Assembly (NCBI GenBank): GCA_963812605.1
Contig: CAWEWF010000014.1
Coordinates: forward strand, 640,001-704,000
DNA: 64,000 bases
Source of the DNA: an uncultured Verrucomicrobiae bacterium
Lineage (GTDB): Bacteria; Verrucomicrobiota; Verrucomicrobiia; Palsa-1439
Direction: 5' to 3'
Shown here: piece by piece, positions 62,698 through 64,000 of the stretch
Layout: every line of letters starts with the position of its first letter
How positions within the stretch are numbered: position 1 is the stretch's first letter
Notes under the pieces: generated by a model
Seen by the model: only the letters and a program-made list of their open reading frames with translations
What the model was told of the DNA's origin: nothing
Database searches by the model: none
Program-made: the position numbers and the translations under genes

Positions 62698-64000
62698 CTA
62701 CCCGCGTCGCTCTTTGATTGATTGCAAAATTTCCGCTACAACTTCCGTCTTCGGCTTGGCGCCGAGATTGCCTTTGCCGTGGAGACGGACTGAGACGTTC
62801 TTGGCTTCCAGGTCGCGACCGCCGATGACGAGCATGGTGTGGACTTTTGCCTGCTCGGCGTCGGCAATCTTGCCTTTGATATTGTCGTTGCTGTAATCGC
62901 CCTCGACGCGGACCATGTTGGCGCGAAGTTCGTTGACGATGGCTTTGGCGTAGTCCACCAACGCGGCGTCTTCGCCGATGGTGAGGACGCGGACCTGCTC
63001 CGGCGCGAGCCAGAGCGGGAAATTGCCGGCGTAATGTTCGATGAGAAAGCCGATGAACCGTTCGTGCGTGCCGAGCGGCGCGCGATGGATGCAGAGCGGG
63101 GTCTTCTCGGTGTTGTCCTTGTCGCGGTAGACGAGTCCGAACTTGGCGGGCACATCGAAATCGACCTGGTTGGTGGCGAGGGTGAATTCACGGCCGATAA
63201 CGCTCCAGACTTGCACGTCAATCTTCGGACCGTAGAACGCCGCCTCGTTCGGCACTTCGACATAATCGATGCCGCTGTTTTTGAGCACATCGCGCACCAT
63301 GTTCTCGGTCTGAATCCATAGCGCCGAATTATTGACAAATTTCTTGGCCCAGCTTGGACGGGTCGTGCGTGCTGAAGCGCATCACGTGTTTCTCAATGCC
63401 GAAAATCTTGAAATACTTCAGATACATCTCGTTCACCGCGTTGAACTCAGCGGCGAATTGCTCCGGCGTGCAATAGATGTGCGCATCATTCATGTTGAGC
63501 GAGCGCACGCGCATGAGACCAAACAACTCGCCCGACTGCTCGTAGCGATAACAAGTCCCGTATTCCGCCAACCGCAACGGCAAATCCCGGTAACTCCGCG
63601 GCTCCGCCGCAAAAATGCGATGATGATGCGGACAGTTCATCGCTTTGAGGTAGTAGCTTCTCAACGAGTCCGCCGCGATCATCTCAACAACGATTCCGCG
63701 ATGCAATGTCTTCCCGTATTGCAATTCTTCGCGCAGTCGCTCCATGGAATCTTTTCCGTGTCGTCCATTCCGTCTTCGTTTCAGCTTCGATTACTTCTGA
63801 GCGTATTTTCCATGTGCATTCCAACATCGTCTTGATCGGCCTGATTCTCGCAGCTCATTCGGGTCGCCTATCCGTTCACTGCAAGCTCCATCAGCGATCA
63901 TCGGCGGAAACATCGAGTCCGCGTAAAGCACAGGCAGATGGCCGGAAGTCAGATACATCTTCTCTTTGGCGATGTGCGGGGTCTTGACGCGGACGTAGCC
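62698..64000 (-). CDS. thrS: Threonine--tRNA ligase, 3' part (frameshift near 63335; 243 nt insert at 63656-63898)
   Basis: Motifs [33 protein letters not shown] and [12 protein letters not shown]. Confidence 0.95.

Noticed and set aside
63656-63898. Intein or self-splicing intron in thrS
   Set aside because: There is no C/S start with HN-C/S/T end, no recognisable intron termini, and no homing endonuclease. Kept only as an unexplained insertion.

Overview
A GC-rich 64 kb bacterial window, most likely Verrucomicrobiota. This is inferred from the PEP-CTERM proteins, a TIGR02597-like protein, the A24 peptidase insert and the REP types. About 20 genes, including essential ones, are split by single-base indels, which points to uncorrected long-read assembly error rather than real pseudogenes. 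Housekeeping blocks are nuoM-nuoM-nuoN, aroE-pilD-aroC, rsmI, glgA-galT-GH57, lepA-lepB, PMM-rpe, infC-rpmI-rplT and thrS. Between them lie (i) a cell-surface and glycosylation neighbourhood: three TMTC-like GT-C/TPR genes interleaved with PEP-CTERM genes, two duplicated GT39-like genes, another GT-C-like membrane protein and a polyprenol-phosphate-sugar synthase-like GT2; (ii) two REP-associated tyrosine transposases (RAYT) with many REP palindromes, several of them inside protein-coding genes; and (iii) a ~9.6 kb accessory block separating thrS from infC. The strongest signal is a complete IS110 (IS621-like) element at 60207-61411. It is inserted at a CT core inside one REP flanking a RAYT, and its 5' non-coding end carries four guide segments matching both the REP target and the element's own end junction, i.e. 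a readable bridge RNA. No rRNA, tRNA or CRISPR array was seen.
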